Below, in pieces: positions 47,761 to 58,969 of a DNA stretch of 61,079 nt (its first letter is position 1; every line of letters begins with the position of its first letter). A program made the position numbers and the translations under genes. The stretch lies in the NCBI GenBank assembly GCA_051439505.1, contig JBFRWI010000180.1, positions 1 to 61,079 of the forward strand. The letters are read 5' to 3'. The notes beneath the pieces are model-generated. The model saw nothing but the letters and a program-made list of their open reading frames with translations, searched no databases and was not told the origin of the DNA. The DNA comes from Hormoscilla sp. (GTDB lineage: Bacteria; Cyanobacteriota; Cyanobacteriia; Cyanobacteriales; Desertifilaceae).

Positions 47761-48408
47761 TCAGTTTTCACGCTGGGAAATTACAGCATAAAATGGATCG
47801 GGGCCCGCAATACCCAGCATTTGCAGGAAACTATTCATGTTAGATTTATGCACAATTACTTCTGGAGGACTAAAACCGGCTACCGACCGGAAGTAACTTT
47901 TCACTAACTGCACCCGCGTCCCTTCCGTCCCGTCCCGCCAGGCCCCGATCGCCTTTTGATAGAACATCCGGTTAGAGAAGCTCACGATCGCAATACCACC
48001 GGGTTTGAGGATGCGGTAGATTTCGGCAAATACGGCCTCGGGATATTGCAGGTACTGGATGGAGACGCAGTTGAGGACGGCATCAAAATCTCGATCGGGC
48101 AGAGGAATTTTGGGATTTTGGTTCAGATCTTGGATAAAGTAATGATTAAGTCGCCCATTGCGTGCCAACTCCTCAGCATTCATCCCGTGACCTTCCACAT
48201 GGGCAAACTCCATGTCCTCTGGTAAGTGGGAAACCCAACTGCTCATCATGTCCAAGATGCGCGTGTTTGCTTGCAGTCGCTCGGCATATAGACCGGTGAG
48301 CTGGCGAATAAAGCCGGAATCCACATGGGTGACAAAGCGCGGATAGGCATAAAACTCGGCGTCGTCGGTCTGGTCTAGCTTCGTTCTGTCATGGGGTCGT
48401 AGCAACAT
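47761..48408 (-). CDS. Class I SAM-dependent methyltransferase
   Basis: PRFVTHVD, ILDMMSSWVSHLP and RILKPGG..SFSNR. Confidence 0.88.
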   Translation of the reverse strand: MLLRPHDRTKLDQTDDAEFYAYPRFVTHVDSGFIRQLTGLYAERLQANTRILDMMSSWVSHLPEDMEFAHVEGHGMNAEELARNGRLNHYFIQDLNQNPKIPLPDRDFDAVLNCVSIQYLQYPEAVFAEIYRILKPGGIAIVSFSNRMFYQKAIGAWRDGTEGTRVQLVKSYFRSVAGFSPPEVIVHKSNMNSFLQMLGIAGPDPFYAVISQREN

Positions 48409-48508
48409 GGCACTGGCGGTAATGTAACGAAAAATAGGAGAGGATGAAAGATTAAACAAAAATGATAATATATTTTATCGCCTGAATCGAAAAAGGAGAA
48501 CAGCTTTT

Positions 48509-49387
48509 ATGATACAGCCAGTCTTCGTGATCTTAGCTTTAGCGCTGATTAGCTATGTCTTGGGTTCAGTGAGAATTATCAAAGAACCTTATCAAGCTCT
48601 CATAGAGCGCTTGGGCAGATATAACCGGACGTTGAAACCAGGGGTAAATTACGTCATTCCTTTCCTGGAGACGATCGTCATCAAAGCCCTGATGAGCGAA
48701 CGAGTTCTGGACATCCCCCCCCAGCAAGCCATCACCAAAGATAACGTGCCCTTGACAGTCAATGCCGTCGTATATTGGCAAATCCTGGATCTCAGGAGAG
48801 CTTATTACGCGATCGATGACGTTGGCAACGCCCTGGAAAACCTGACGATCACCGTGCTGCGTTCTAAAATTGGGAAAATGGACCTACAGGAGACTTTTTC
48901 CTCCCGAGATGTCATCAATCAAGATATGCTAGCAGAATTGGATGACGCAACTGATGCCTGGGGAGCGAAAGTGATTCGGGTGGAAGTACAGGATATTGTA
49001 CCAGCGCCAGCGATACTAGAATCGATGGAAACTGAAAGAGCAGCAGAAATTAAGAAAAGAGCGGAGATCCTGGAAGCTGAGGGTCAAGCACAGTCGATCG
49101 AACGCATCGCTACGGCCCTGAATATGCCGCCCAGTAATCGGGAATTTTTGAAGTACCTGATCGCCCAAAAGTATGTGGATGGCAATTACAAACTGAGTGA
49201 AAGCGATAATTCCAAGGTCGTGTTCATGGACCCCAAGGCCATGTCAGATAACCTGTTGTATTTGTTTGACTCTGTATTTGATGAATCAAGAGTGGGCCGA
49301 GGAAATGGTCGTTCTCAGAGTCTTTTAAATAAAAGAATGACCAATGATGAGGATGGACAAGAAAATAATCCTGCTGATAATAATTGA
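48509..49387 (+). CDS. SPFH/stomatin-like protein
   Basis: ERLGRY..LKPG, ITKDNV and WGAKVIRVE. Confidence 0.9.
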   Translation: MIQPVFVILALALISYVLGSVRIIKEPYQALIERLGRYNRTLKPGVNYVIPFLETIVIKALMSERVLDIPPQQAITKDNVPLTVNAVVYWQILDLRRAYYAIDDVGNALENLTITVLRSKIGKMDLQETFSSRDVINQDMLAELDDATDAWGAKVIRVEVQDIVPAPAILESMETERAAEIKKRAEILEAEGQAQSIERIATALNMPPSNREFLKYLIAQKYVDGNYKLSESDNSKVVFMDPKAMSDNLLYLFDSVFDESRVGRGNGRSQSLLNKRMTNDEDGQENNPADNN

Positions 49388-49413
49388 TGATTGATAAAAA
49401 TTAGCCACGACAA

Positions 49414-50274
49414 TCATCCTCGAAAAATGGCATCGGCGACCCGGCAGACATCCCGCATTTCGGCAACGTCATGCACCCGCAAGATGTCTGCCCCACCGGC
49501 GATCGCACCCACGCAAGCTGCCGCTGTACCCCAGACTCTCCCCTTCGGATCGGTGGGGAGATCGAGCAGATGACCGATAAAACTTTTCCGGGATGGCCCC
49601 ACTAAAATGGGAACTCCTAAAGCTCGAAATCTGGACATTTGCCGGAATATTTCTAGGTTTTGCGCTCCCGTTTTGGCAAAACCTATCCCCGGATCGATTA
49701 TCAGGCGCGATCGCTCAATCCCCGCCGACACTGCTGCATTAATGCGGCTTTCCAGAAACCCATAAATCTCGCCAAGCAAATCTTCATAGTCCGTCAATTT
49801 TTGCATCGTCTGGGGCGTTCCCCGCATATGCATCAAAATCATCGGAACCCGTTTGCGTGCCCCGACAGAAAGCATATCTGGATCGAAAGTACCGCCAGAA
49901 ATATCATTTACTATATCCGCGCCCAGGGCGATCGCCCGATCGGCCACTTCGGCCCTAGTCGTGTCAATGGAAATGGGTACCTCTGCCCATTTATCAGGCC
50001 GGGAGCGAATTTGGGAAATCACAGGTAGCACCCGATCGAGTTCTGCTTGTAAAGTAACTTGACTGCTTCCCGGTCGAGTCGATTGACCGCCAATATCAAC
50101 TATATCTGCACCTGCTGCTACCATGAGCTTAGCTTGGTTCACCGCAGCTTCCGTGCTATAGAATTCGCCACCATCACTGAAGCTATCGGGCGTCACATTC
50201 AGTATGCCCATCAGATAGGTGTACGCCCCCCAATCAAACAATTTGTCTCTAATTATCATGGGTTCTAAGTCCAT
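49414..50274 (-). CDS. folP: Dihydropteroate synthase
   Basis: MGILNVTPDSFSDGG, STRPG, DPGIGFAK, SRKSF and RVHDV. Confidence 0.96.
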   Translation of the reverse strand: MDLEPMIIRDKLFDWGAYTYLMGILNVTPDSFSDGGEFYSTEAAVNQAKLMVAAGADIVDIGGQSTRPGSSQVTLQAELDRVLPVISQIRSRPDKWAEVPISIDTTRAEVADRAIALGADIVNDISGGTFDPDMLSVGARKRVPMILMHMRGTPQTMQKLTDYEDLLGEIYGFLESRINAAVSAGIERSRLIIDPGIGFAKTGAQNLEIFRQMSRFRALGVPILVGPSRKSFIGHLLDLPTDPKGRVWGTAAACVGAIAGGADILRVHDVAEMRDVCRVADAIFRG

Positions 50275-50345
50275 TGTTTCGATCTATGAACCATTTCTCG
50301 TTCCCAGGCAAAAGCCTAGAAACGAGGTTCGCGCGGCATGACAAT

Positions 50346-51077
50346 CTACTGATAATTGACAATGCGGGCAAAACTGGCAGGTTCCAGACTAGCACCTCCC
50401 ACCAAAACACCATCGATTTCTGCTTGAGCCATAATGGCATCGATATTGTTAGGCTTGACAGATCCGCCGTATTGAATCGACACATTCCCATCGCTCAACC
50501 GAGAACGAATCAAACCAATCACCCGGTTAGCTTCGGAAACCTCACAAGTCTCTCCAGTCCCGATCGCCCAGATCGGTTCGTAAGCAATTACTAGCTGAGA
50601 AAGGTCTACATCTACCAGGTCTCGCTCCAGCTGGGAGTAGATATGGGTTTCCGTTTCCCCAGCATCACGTTGTTGCTTAGTTTCACCCACACAGAGAATG
50701 GGCAGCAGACCGAACTGCTGAGCTGCTTTCAGGCGCTGGTTAACAGTTTCATCCGTTTCCCCAAAATACTGACGCCGTTCGCTGTGACCGATAATCACAT
50801 AGTCTACTCCTATCTCTTTAAGCATCGGGGCAGAAATTTCCCCAGTGTAAGCGCCTTCAGACTCCCAATGGACATTCTGAGCCCCCAGCTGCACCGAGGC
50901 TGGCAATTTTTGGGACAGCAGGCCCAGGTTCGTAAACGGCACGCAGAGTACCACGTTCCGTTCTGCCGGAGTCTTATCCAGTTCAGGCATAAATACCTGC
51001 AAAAACTCCAGGGCCTCTGCCTGGGTTTTGTACATTTTCCAGTTACCAGCTATGACTATTTTCCGCACAGGTGTCAA
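50346..51077 (-). CDS. tpiA: Triosephosphate isomerase
   Basis: [23 protein letters not shown] and LVGGASL. Confidence 0.97.
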   Translation of the reverse strand: MTPVRKIVIAGNWKMYKTQAEALEFLQVFMPELDKTPAERNVVLCVPFTNLGLLSQKLPASVQLGAQNVHWESEGAYTGEISAPMLKEIGVDYVIIGHSERRQYFGETDETVNQRLKAAQQFGLLPILCVGETKQQRDAGETETHIYSQLERDLVDVDLSQLVIAYEPIWAIGTGETCEVSEANRVIGLIRSRLSDGNVSIQYGGSVKPNNIDAIMAQAEIDGVLVGGASLEPASFARIVNYQ

Positions 51078-51155
51078 TCAATTCCTCTTCTACTCTCTCA
51101 AACTAACCATCATACCTTCAAATGGTTCTAATTGGAACTGGCATCGCCAAACAGC

Positions 51156-52385
51156 TCATCGGCGTTTAACTGGCATCAGCAAACAGGTCATCTGTATCCC
51201 GGACAAGGGGGAGAGGATTACGGGCTCAGCCTCTGTATTCAGCTGCATTTGCAGTTCCTGGGAGCCCATAACCTTGCCCATAGCCTTGATGGCCTCCAAA
51301 AAATACTTGACATTAAACTCAATCTCCAAACTCTCTCCAGATATCTGTGCGGCCATCGACTCCTGTCCGCTGCCCACTTCCGATTCGTCCGCCGATACAG
51401 TCAACTGTTCGCTTTCCTTGTCCAGGCTGAACTTGACCAGATGATTCTTCTGGTCGGCGATAATGGCAATGCGCTCTAAGACTTGCTCTAGCTGCTGTCG
51501 CTCCACCGTCACCAGTCGCTGGAATTCCTTGGGTATCAGATCCTGATAGGGAGGATATTGCCCCTCCAGAGTCCGGGCGGTCAGCTTTTGGTTTTTAAGC
51601 TCAAAGACAACTTGCGTCTGGTCAAAATGTAGGACCATTGTCTTATCCTGCTTTTGTTGATTCGCGATCCGTTCCAGTTCCCGCAGGGCCCTCGCGGGTA
51701 CTGTCACCTCAAAAGGTGCTTCCGGAGATAGGCCGGACCCCTCTTCCACATCATCTGGACTCTGCTGGTCCTCTTCTGAGGACTCCTCTTGGGACTCCAA
51801 CTCCTCCTCCGACTCCGACTCCGGTTGGTTAGTAGTTTTGACCACAGCTAAACGATGTCCGTCAGTGGCGGCAAATTCCAGGCTCTCGCCATAGACCGTT
51901 AAATGTATTCCCGTGAGAATTTGCTTGGTATCATCGGTACTCGCAGCAAACACACAGCCGTTCAACCCCAAGCTCAGTGCTTCTGTAGGCAGAGTTAAAA
52001 CCTCCCCATCCTCTACTACTGGCAGTTCCGGAAATTCTTCCGACTCCTGTCCGGTGACTTGATAGCGTCCGGAAGCTTGGGTTAAGGAGACTATTGCTTT
52101 TTCTGTTTCCAGTTCCAGGGATATATCTCCTTCTGCTAGACGGGAAACGATGTCCGAAAGCAATTTTGCTGGCAGGGCGATGTCCCCCGACTCTGCTACC
52201 TGGGCCTCAAAGTTAGCCGAGATTCCTAGACTTTCGTCGAAGGCTGTTAAACTCACTTTTTGACTCTCTACATCAGCGCACAGTCTCACGTTGGCAAGTA
52301 TTGGTTGTCTGGGGCGAGAGGACACCGCACGGGAGACGATTGATAGATTTGTATTGAGGGCACTTTGGGTACAGACCAGTTTCAT
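51156..52385 (-). CDS. dnaN: DNA polymerase III beta clamp
   Basis: PILANV, AATDGHRLA, LEGQYP and LLMPV. Directly downstream of dnaA. Confidence 0.96.
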   Translation of the reverse strand: MKLVCTQSALNTNLSIVSRAVSSRPRQPILANVRLCADVESQKVSLTAFDESLGISANFEAQVAESGDIALPAKLLSDIVSRLAEGDISLELETEKAIVSLTQASGRYQVTGQESEEFPELPVVEDGEVLTLPTEALSLGLNGCVFAASTDDTKQILTGIHLTVYGESLEFAATDGHRLAVVKTTNQPESESEEELESQEESSEEDQQSPDDVEEGSGLSPEAPFEVTVPARALRELERIANQQKQDKTMVLHFDQTQVVFELKNQKLTARTLEGQYPPYQDLIPKEFQRLVTVERQQLEQVLERIAIIADQKNHLVKFSLDKESEQLTVSADESEVGSGQESMAAQISGESLEIEFNVKYFLEAIKAMGKVMGSQELQMQLNTEAEPVILSPLSGIQMTCLLMPVKRR

Positions 52386-52439
52386 GGGCGTTTGCTAGCG
52401 ATCGGCTTATCTATTTTAAGCCCAATAGCACTGCCGAAA

Positions 52440-52640
52440 CTCTCAATTCCACAATCTGCAATTTGTGGAAAAATTTCTGGACTATTTATTATCTTTACGA
52501 AACTATTGCTACAGATATGGGCGGCATGGTAACCCGCAAGCACGCTTCGTGCTTACTACAAACGAAGATTTTGTAGCTTTTATAAATGATATGCGATTTT
52601 TTCACAAGTTTTCCACAGTTACCAGAATTTTTCCACCGGT
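52440..52640. promoter_or_regulatory. Probable oriC (DnaA-box cluster in the dnaA-dnaN spacer)
   Basis: TTTTCCACA-type boxes: TGTGGAAAA 52464-52472 and TTTTCCACA 52609-52617, with near matches at 52445, 52598 and 52629. Confidence 0.7.
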
Positions 52641-52652
52641 GCGATCGCGCTC

Positions 52653-54074
52653 TCATTGGCTTTGGGATTTGCTGACCAGGTTGATCCGATCGCTCAACTG
52701 CCGCAATCTCTTCGCCATATCGGGATTTTTCTCCCGCAGTTGAGCCACTTTATCGCAGCTGTAGATGACAGTCGTGTGATCCTTCCCGCCAAACTCCTCG
52801 CCAATCTTGGGCAAGCTGAGATCCGTGTTCTGGCGCACCAAATACATGGCAACCTGACGGGCCTGGGAGATTTCTCGGCGGCGGGAATTACTCTTGAGAT
52901 CTTCGACGGACAGATTAAACTCATCTGCTACCACTGCCATCACCACTTCCGCAGATACCTCCACATTGCCAACCGGGGGATTCAATACTGGCGCAATATT
53001 CTCCACCGTCATGGCCAAACCCGAAATCGACATATATGCTGCTGCCCTAATCAATGCCCCCTCTAGTTCCCGAATATTGGAAGTGTAGTTACTGGCAATG
53101 TATTCTACTACATCTCGCGGCAGAGGAATATTTTCGTCTTCTGCCTTTTTCTGGAGAATAGCTATCCGCGTTTCTAAATCTGGCGGCTGAATATCGGCGA
53201 TCAATCCCATGGAGAACCGAGAACAGAGGCGTTCTTGTAACCCCGGAATCTGGTTCGGAGGGCGATCGGATGCCAAGACAACCTGCTTGCCAGCTTCGTG
53301 CAAGGTGTTAAAGGTATAGAAAAACTCTTCCTGGGTGTATTCCTTGCCTTCGATGAACTGTATATCGTCAACTAACAGCACGTCGGCGGCCCGATAATGT
53401 TCCCGGAAGCTTTGCATGCTGTCCTTGCGGATCGCGGTAATCAGGTCGTTGGTAAATTTTTCCGTCGAGACGTAAAATATCTTCGAGGAGGGTGCAATCT
53501 CTAAGCGATAGTGGCTGATCGCCTGCATCAGGTGAGTTTTTCCCAGACCGACGCCACCACAGAGGAAGAGAGGATTGAACTCTCGTCCGGGAGACTCGGC
53601 CACGGCCAGGGCCGCTGCATGGGCCATGCGATTGTTAGAGCCGACCACAAATCGCGAGAATACATACTTGGGGTTTAAGTTAGTCTGTCTGGGTTGCTGT
53701 TGCGATCGGGGATCTAGTTCCCTAGTCGTGCTGGGCAATGGCCACAGGATATCCCCGTCGGGTGTCCCCCCTTTTGTACGATTAGCGTTCCCGGGGGATA
53801 CGGCAGATCCGGTGGCGCGATCGTCCGCAGCAACTATAATCTGGATTTCCACCGGTTGACCCCAAATTTCCTGCACCACATCGGCAATGGTTTTGAGATA
53901 ATATTTCTGTAGCCAATTGCGGGCAAAGGGGTTGGGGGTGGAAATTACTAGACAATTATTAGTCATCTTGACTGCGGACGCTGGTTTGATCCAAGTCTCA
54001 AATGTCGGTCGAGTCAGATCGATCTGCAAACGCTCCTGAGCTTGAGACCAGAGACTTTCAAGGGTAATTGCCAC
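52653..54074 (-). CDS. dnaA: Chromosomal replication initiator DnaA
   Basis: [28 protein letters not shown] and [12 protein letters not shown] 54074 is the probable start. Confidence 0.97.
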   Translation of the reverse strand: MAITLESLWSQAQERLQIDLTRPTFETWIKPASAVKMTNNCLVISTPNPFARNWLQKYYLKTIADVVQEIWGQPVEIQIIVAADDRATGSAVSPGNANRTKGGTPDGDILWPLPSTTRELDPRSQQQPRQTNLNPKYVFSRFVVGSNNRMAHAAALAVAESPGREFNPLFLCGGVGLGKTHLMQAISHYRLEIAPSSKIFYVSTEKFTNDLITAIRKDSMQSFREHYRAADVLLVDDIQFIEGKEYTQEEFFYTFNTLHEAGKQVVLASDRPPNQIPGLQERLCSRFSMGLIADIQPPDLETRIAILQKKAEDENIPLPRDVVEYIASNYTSNIRELEGALIRAAAYMSISGLAMTVENIAPVLNPPVGNVEVSAEVVMAVVADEFNLSVEDLKSNSRRREISQARQVAMYLVRQNTDLSLPKIGEEFGGKDHTTVIYSCDKVAQLREKNPDMAKRLRQLSDRINLVSKSQSQ

Positions 54075-54228
54075 AGGGTACAACCTCCACAATTGTTGAT
54101 TTGACATCTCCATCTGGTGAGAGAGGGTATTGACCAGATTTTAATTAATCCTGCGGAGAATCGAGCGATTGTTGTCGTGCAGAATGGTAATAGCGGACTG
54201 CAATAATTGATAGCGAGGACCAAGTTCT

Positions 54229-55455
54229 ATGAGTAAAACAGGCGATCATTTTCGCGGCCCTGCTGCTGATGCTGACAAGGGTGCGGGTAAAGCAGTGACT
54301 TACTTGTCCCTGCTGCTAGTTGGGGCCGGGGTAACCTTTCTGGCCGATCGCGTAGCGGAGGGTTCCCGGAGCCTGTGCGCGCGGCGCAATCGGCTGCTAA
54401 TGACTGGCCCACCCCCACCACCAGCCGCTCGCGCCTTGTCTAGTCCGGGGATGCCTGGGGCTAACTATAATTTTATTGCTGCTGCTGTGGCCAAAGTTGG
54501 GCCAGCGGTGGTGAGACTTGATGCGGACCGGCCTGTATCTCCTAGGGAAGGTTCACCTGGCCGACGCTTTTTCGGTCCCGGAGGCGACTGGCTTCAGCAA
54601 GGAACTGGTTCTGGCTTTATCATTAATGCTGACGGACTGATTGTCACTAATGCCCATGTGGTAGATGGTGCCAAGAAGGTGACGGTAACTCTCAAGGATG
54701 GTCGCGAGTTCTCCGGTGAGGTGCTGGGGTCCGATCGCCTCACAGATGTAGCTGTTGTGAAGATCTCGGCTAGGCATTTGCCAGTGGTGAGGTTGGGAGA
54801 TTCCGAACAGTTGCAACCTGGAGAATGGGCGATCGCGATCGGGAATCCTTTGGGACTGGACAATACGGTCACTGCGGGAATCATCAGTGCCACTGGTCGT
54901 TCTAGTCTTCAAGTAGGGGTTCCTAGCAAGCGAGTTGGGTTCATTCAGACTGATGCGGCGATCAACCCCGGGAATTCTGGTGGCCCGCTGTTAAATCAGC
55001 AAGGGGATGTCATCGGCATGAATACTGCTATTATTGGAGGTGCTCAAGGTTTAGGTTTCGCCATTCCGATCGACCAAGTGCAGCGGATAGCCTCCCAACT
55101 GATTACTACTGGTCAGGTGTCCCATCCTTTCTTGGGGATTCGGATGGCCACCATCACCCCTGAGTTGCTCGACTCCTTGAAGGCCGATCGGTCTTTGGGG
55201 TTGAATGTCAAAGATAAAAGTGGTGTTTTCATTGCCGGAATTATCCCCAATTCGGCTGCCGCTGCTGCGGGACTGCAAAAAGGTGATATAGTCCAAAAGA
55301 TAGATGGATTAACCGTGACCAAAGCTGGGCAACTCCAGCAGATAGTCCAAAAAAGTTCGGTGGGCGATCGCTTGTTGCTGACGGTGCGCCGTCAGGGTCG
55401 GACTTTGAATATTGTCGTGCAACCGGGACCATTACCCAAAAAGTATCATGAGTAA
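54229..55455 (+). CDS. HhoA/HhoB/HtrA serine protease with PDZ
   Basis: GSGFI, TNAHVV, TDVAV, QTDAAINPGNSGGPL and a C-terminal PDZ. Confidence 0.93.
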   Translation: MSKTGDHFRGPAADADKGAGKAVTYLSLLLVGAGVTFLADRVAEGSRSLCARRNRLLMTGPPPPPAARALSSPGMPGANYNFIAAAVAKVGPAVVRLDADRPVSPREGSPGRRFFGPGGDWLQQGTGSGFIINADGLIVTNAHVVDGAKKVTVTLKDGREFSGEVLGSDRLTDVAVVKISARHLPVVRLGDSEQLQPGEWAIAIGNPLGLDNTVTAGIISATGRSSLQVGVPSKRVGFIQTDAAINPGNSGGPLLNQQGDVIGMNTAIIGGAQGLGFAIPIDQVQRIASQLITTGQVSHPFLGIRMATITPELLDSLKADRSLGLNVKDKSGVFIAGIIPNSAAAAAGLQKGDIVQKIDGLTVTKAGQLQQIVQKSSVGDRLLLTVRRQGRTLNIVVQPGPLPKKYHE

Positions 55456-55975
55456 AACCTTGACAATTGCCCAATTAGGCGATCGGGTGCTGCGGCAGCA
55501 AGCCCGGCCAATTGAGAATATCGAGTCGGTACAAAAATTGATTGATGAGTTAATGGCTACGGCGGCGGCATCCAATGGCGTGGGCATTGCCGCCCCGCAA
55601 GTTGGACAATCTTATCGCTTGTTAATTGTGGCCTCTCGTCCGACTCTCCGCTATGTAAACGCCCCGAAGATGGAACCAACTGCGATGATTAATCCGAGAA
55701 TTATAGCCCACTCGGATGAAATAGTCAAAGATTGGGAAGGTTGTTTGAGTATTCCGGGGATTCGGGGCTTGGTGCCCAGATATCAAGCCATTGAGGTAGA
55801 ATATACCACTAGGGACGATCGGGTGGAACGCCGGGAGTTAACTGACTTTGTCGCCCGGATCTTTCAACATGAATACGATCATCTGGAGGGGCTAGTCTTT
55901 TTAGACAGATTGGAGAGTACCCGGGACATCATCACGGAACAGGAATATCAGAAGCAAATTGTTAATGATGGTTAA
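55448..55975 (+). CDS. def: Peptide deformylase
   Basis: GVGIAAPQ, EGCLS and QHEYDHL. Confidence 0.96.
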   Translation: MSKTLTIAQLGDRVLRQQARPIENIESVQKLIDELMATAAASNGVGIAAPQVGQSYRLLIVASRPTLRYVNAPKMEPTAMINPRIIAHSDEIVKDWEGCLSIPGIRGLVPRYQAIEVEYTTRDDRVERRELTDFVARIFQHEYDHLEGLVFLDRLESTRDIITEQEYQKQIVNDG

Positions 55976-56052
55976 GTTTTGTGAAGATGCTGAAAAGTGA
56001 TGTGAATTGTGATAAACTAAGAAAAGTTGTTGATTTAAGGAATTAAAGCAAG

Positions 56053-56625
56053 ATGGCGATAAATCTGAGTAAAGGTCAAAGGATAGATCTGTCAAAAGAA
56101 GCCCCGGGGATGAAGCGAGCGACTATTGGCCTGGGATGGGAGGTGAATAAAACCGACACGGGTTCAGATTATGACTTGGATGCTTCGGTATTTCTGTTGG
56201 GAGAAAATGGCAAAATTCCAGACGACAAGTATTTCGTGTTTTACAACAATTTAGAATCTCCAGATGGTGCAGTAAAATCCATGGGGGATGAAAGAACGGG
56301 AGCCCAGGAAGGAGATGATGAGACGATCAAGATAGAGTTGGACAAAGTGGACCCGAAGATTCAAGAAATGGTGTTTATCGTCACTATTCACGAGGCCCAG
56401 GAGCGCCGGCAAAATTTTGGCCAAGTGCGAAACTCTTTCATCAGAATTTATGATGAGGAAACCCAAAACGAGGTGGCGAAGTACGAGTTGGATGAGGACT
56501 TCTCCACGGAAGCGGCGATCGAATTTGGTCGCCTGTACAAGAAAGATGGCTCCTGGAGATTTCAAGCAGTGGGACAAGGTTTTAATTCCGGACTGCAAGG
56601 TTTTGTAGACCAGTATGCTTCTTAA
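56053..56625 (+). CDS. TerD family protein
   Basis: GLGW, DLDAS, TGAQEGDDE, NFGQV and WRFQAVG. Confidence 0.93.
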   Translation: MAINLSKGQRIDLSKEAPGMKRATIGLGWEVNKTDTGSDYDLDASVFLLGENGKIPDDKYFVFYNNLESPDGAVKSMGDERTGAQEGDDETIKIELDKVDPKIQEMVFIVTIHEAQERRQNFGQVRNSFIRIYDEETQNEVAKYELDEDFSTEAAIEFGRLYKKDGSWRFQAVGQGFNSGLQGFVDQYAS

Positions 56626-56770
56626 ACGTTGAGGGTGGGCACCGCCCACCAGACCCGCCATTGACAAGGCAAAATAACAAATGGATATCGCCTGTCAAGG
56701 TGTGGCGGGATGGCGCGTTCCCAGGCAGAGCCGTGGGAACGAGGTGATTCGACAAGTTTGGAGAGAAAAG

Positions 56771-57361
56771 ATGGCGATAAATTTGCAGAAAGGACAGACA
56801 ATAGTGTTAGACAAGAATGAATATGACTTGTCGTCACTGACAATGGGTTTAGGATGGGATGTGGCTCCATCAGGAGGTTTCTTCGGTAGTGGAAAAGATT
56901 TTGACCTGGACTCCTATGCCCTTTTGCTGGCAGAAGATTGCAAGTTGAAAAATAGCAAGGAAGATGCGATATATTACGGACATTTAAAAACGGGCGATCG
57001 CACGGTAGTTCATTCGGGAGATAATCTCACGGGCGAGGGAGCAGGGGATGACGAACAAATAGTTCTCAAGTTGAGGGAAATACCGGAAAAATATCAGAAA
57101 ATTGTGCTGGGGGTGAATATTTATCAGGCGAAAGACCGGAAACAGCATTTTGGTATGGTAACAAATGCCTTTGTGAGAGCGATCGATGCCAAAGGCAGGG
57201 AAATTGGCAAATATAGTTTGTCTGGTGATGGTGAGTATGATGGTAAAACTGCTATGTTAATGGGAGAAGTTTACAGACATAAGGGAGAATGGAAGTTTAG
57301 AGCTTTGGGCGATGCAATGGAAGCTACTCTGCAAGAGGTGGTTAATTCATTTAAGGGCTAA
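56771..57361 (+). CDS. TerD family protein
   Basis: GLGWD, DLDS, HSGDNLTGEGAGDDE and WKFRALG. Confidence 0.93.
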   Translation: MAINLQKGQTIVLDKNEYDLSSLTMGLGWDVAPSGGFFGSGKDFDLDSYALLLAEDCKLKNSKEDAIYYGHLKTGDRTVVHSGDNLTGEGAGDDEQIVLKLREIPEKYQKIVLGVNIYQAKDRKQHFGMVTNAFVRAIDAKGREIGKYSLSGDGEYDGKTAMLMGEVYRHKGEWKFRALGDAMEATLQEVVNSFKG

Positions 57362-57386
57362 AGAGAATTACAAGTTGGAATTGACA

Positions 57387-58055
57387 ATGTGGCAGAAAAA
57401 ATTGCGCCTAGCAACTGTGGGAATAGGGGGATTACTCGGTAGCGCGATCGGGCTTTGGTGGTTAGGAACAAAATTAACAGGGGTATGGCAGGAACAAACC
57501 TTTGCTATAGAGTCGGCATTGCTAGTGTGGATCCACGATCGCTCTAATCCCATTCTGGATGCAGTGATGCTGACTGTCACAAAATTTGGCAACAAGGAAC
57601 TGTTGATAGTTGTCGTAATAGCGACTATTAGCATTCTCTGGTGGCAAAATTACAGACGGTCAGTTGAGACATTTATAATTTCCTGTCTGGGAACTTTTAT
57701 CCTCAGTGATGGCATGAAAATTATTGTGGCCAGAGTCCGCCCCGAACTTTGGGATACATTAATCACCGAACCCACCTTCAGTTTTCCCAGCGGTCACGCC
57801 TTGAAGTCTACCGTTTTCTATGGCGCGATCGCCTACCTGCTAGCGACCCGTTATCCTCAACAAGCCAAATGGATTTATACTGGAGTGACGATTATGATTG
57901 CCAGCATTTGCTTCAGTCGGTTGTATCTGGGAGTCCATTGGCCTACAGATGTGATTTTCGGTTCTAGCATCGGCTGGGTGTGGTTGATGACATGTATTAG
58001 AATTGATAAATTGCAAAGTAAAAATGGTGAATTAACAGATAAACAATCTGGCTAA
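57387..58055 (+). CDS. PAP2 family phosphatase
   Basis: K......RP, SFPSGH and SRLYLGVHWPTD. Confidence 0.92.
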   Translation: MWQKKLRLATVGIGGLLGSAIGLWWLGTKLTGVWQEQTFAIESALLVWIHDRSNPILDAVMLTVTKFGNKELLIVVVIATISILWWQNYRRSVETFIISCLGTFILSDGMKIIVARVRPELWDTLITEPTFSFPSGHALKSTVFYGAIAYLLATRYPQQAKWIYTGVTIMIASICFSRLYLGVHWPTDVIFGSSIGWVWLMTCIRIDKLQSKNGELTDKQSG

Positions 58056-58150
58056 AGCGCTAGCAGAAACCGGGTTTCTCTGACTATCTTTGCTTCAAGT
58101 TACAACTATGGAGAAGAAACCCGGTTTCGTGTTTTCACTTGACTGATGTC

Positions 58151-58969
58151 CTATGAATGCTGCCGACGGAAGCAGGCCGCGCCCAAAAATCCCGCTAACT
58201 GCACTAAGACAATACTCGGTCCGGAAGGTAAGTCTAAACTCCCAGATACTACCATCCCACCCGCCCCACTCAGGGCACCAATACAGGCGGCCATTACCAG
58301 AAAAGGCACAAATTGATGACACAGCAACTTTGCCGTCGCTGCGGGAATCACTAAAAATGCATTTACCAATAGTATGCCCACGGCCCGAATGGTTAAGGCG
58401 ATCGTCCCAGATAGCAGAACAATAAACAAATACCGATACCGTTGCACCGGTATTCCCTGCACCCGTGCCAAATCTTCATTGAGAGTCAGCAGAACTTGTG
58501 CGGGGAAAGTCCAGATTAACCCTGCTACCGTTATCCCCAGCAACAGCCCTAACAAGATTAAATCCGTACTGCTAATTGCCAGAATATCACCAAAGAGAGC
58601 AGATAAAAGATTGCCTCGGTATCCTTTCAAGAAACTAAACCCGATCGTCCCTAGGGCCACGGAACCCGCCACCACAATGCTTAATATTGTATCGCTGCCT
58701 AAATCCGTCCGATCGTTCAGGTAAACTACTGCTAGCCCTGATGCGACAATAAATCCCATCAGTGAAGCAGTTGGGGGCAACTGTAATAAAGCAGCAATGA
58801 CTACCCCTAAAAAAGCCGCATGACCTAAAGCCTCGCCAAATAAAGATAACCTGCGCAAAATGACAAAGCTGCCTAGTATTCCTCCCATAATTCCTAAAAG
58901 CATACCCCCAGCTAAAGCCCGTTGCATAAATGGTAAGCTAAATAGACTTACCCACTCGTAAAGATTCAT
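58151..58969 (-). CDS. znuB: Zn/Mn ABC transporter permease
   Basis: FMQRAL, EALGHAA and LFGDIL. ABC-3 family. Confidence 0.85.
   Translation of the reverse strand: MNLYEWVSLFSLPFMQRALAGGMLLGIMGGILGSFVILRRLSLFGEALGHAAFLGVVIAALLQLPPTASLMGFIVASGLAVVYLNDRTDLGSDTILSIVVAGSVALGTIGFSFLKGYRGNLLSALFGDILAISSTDLILLGLLLGITVAGLIWTFPAQVLLTLNEDLARVQGIPVQRYRYLFIVLLSGTIALTIRAVGILLVNAFLVIPAATAKLLCHQFVPFLVMAACIGALSGAGGMVVSGSLDLPSGPSIVLVQLAGFLGAACFRRQHS

Noticed and set aside
56053..57361. terD pair as a full tellurite-resistance or defence operon
   Set aside because: No terABC or associated genes; stand-alone TerD paralogues are common.
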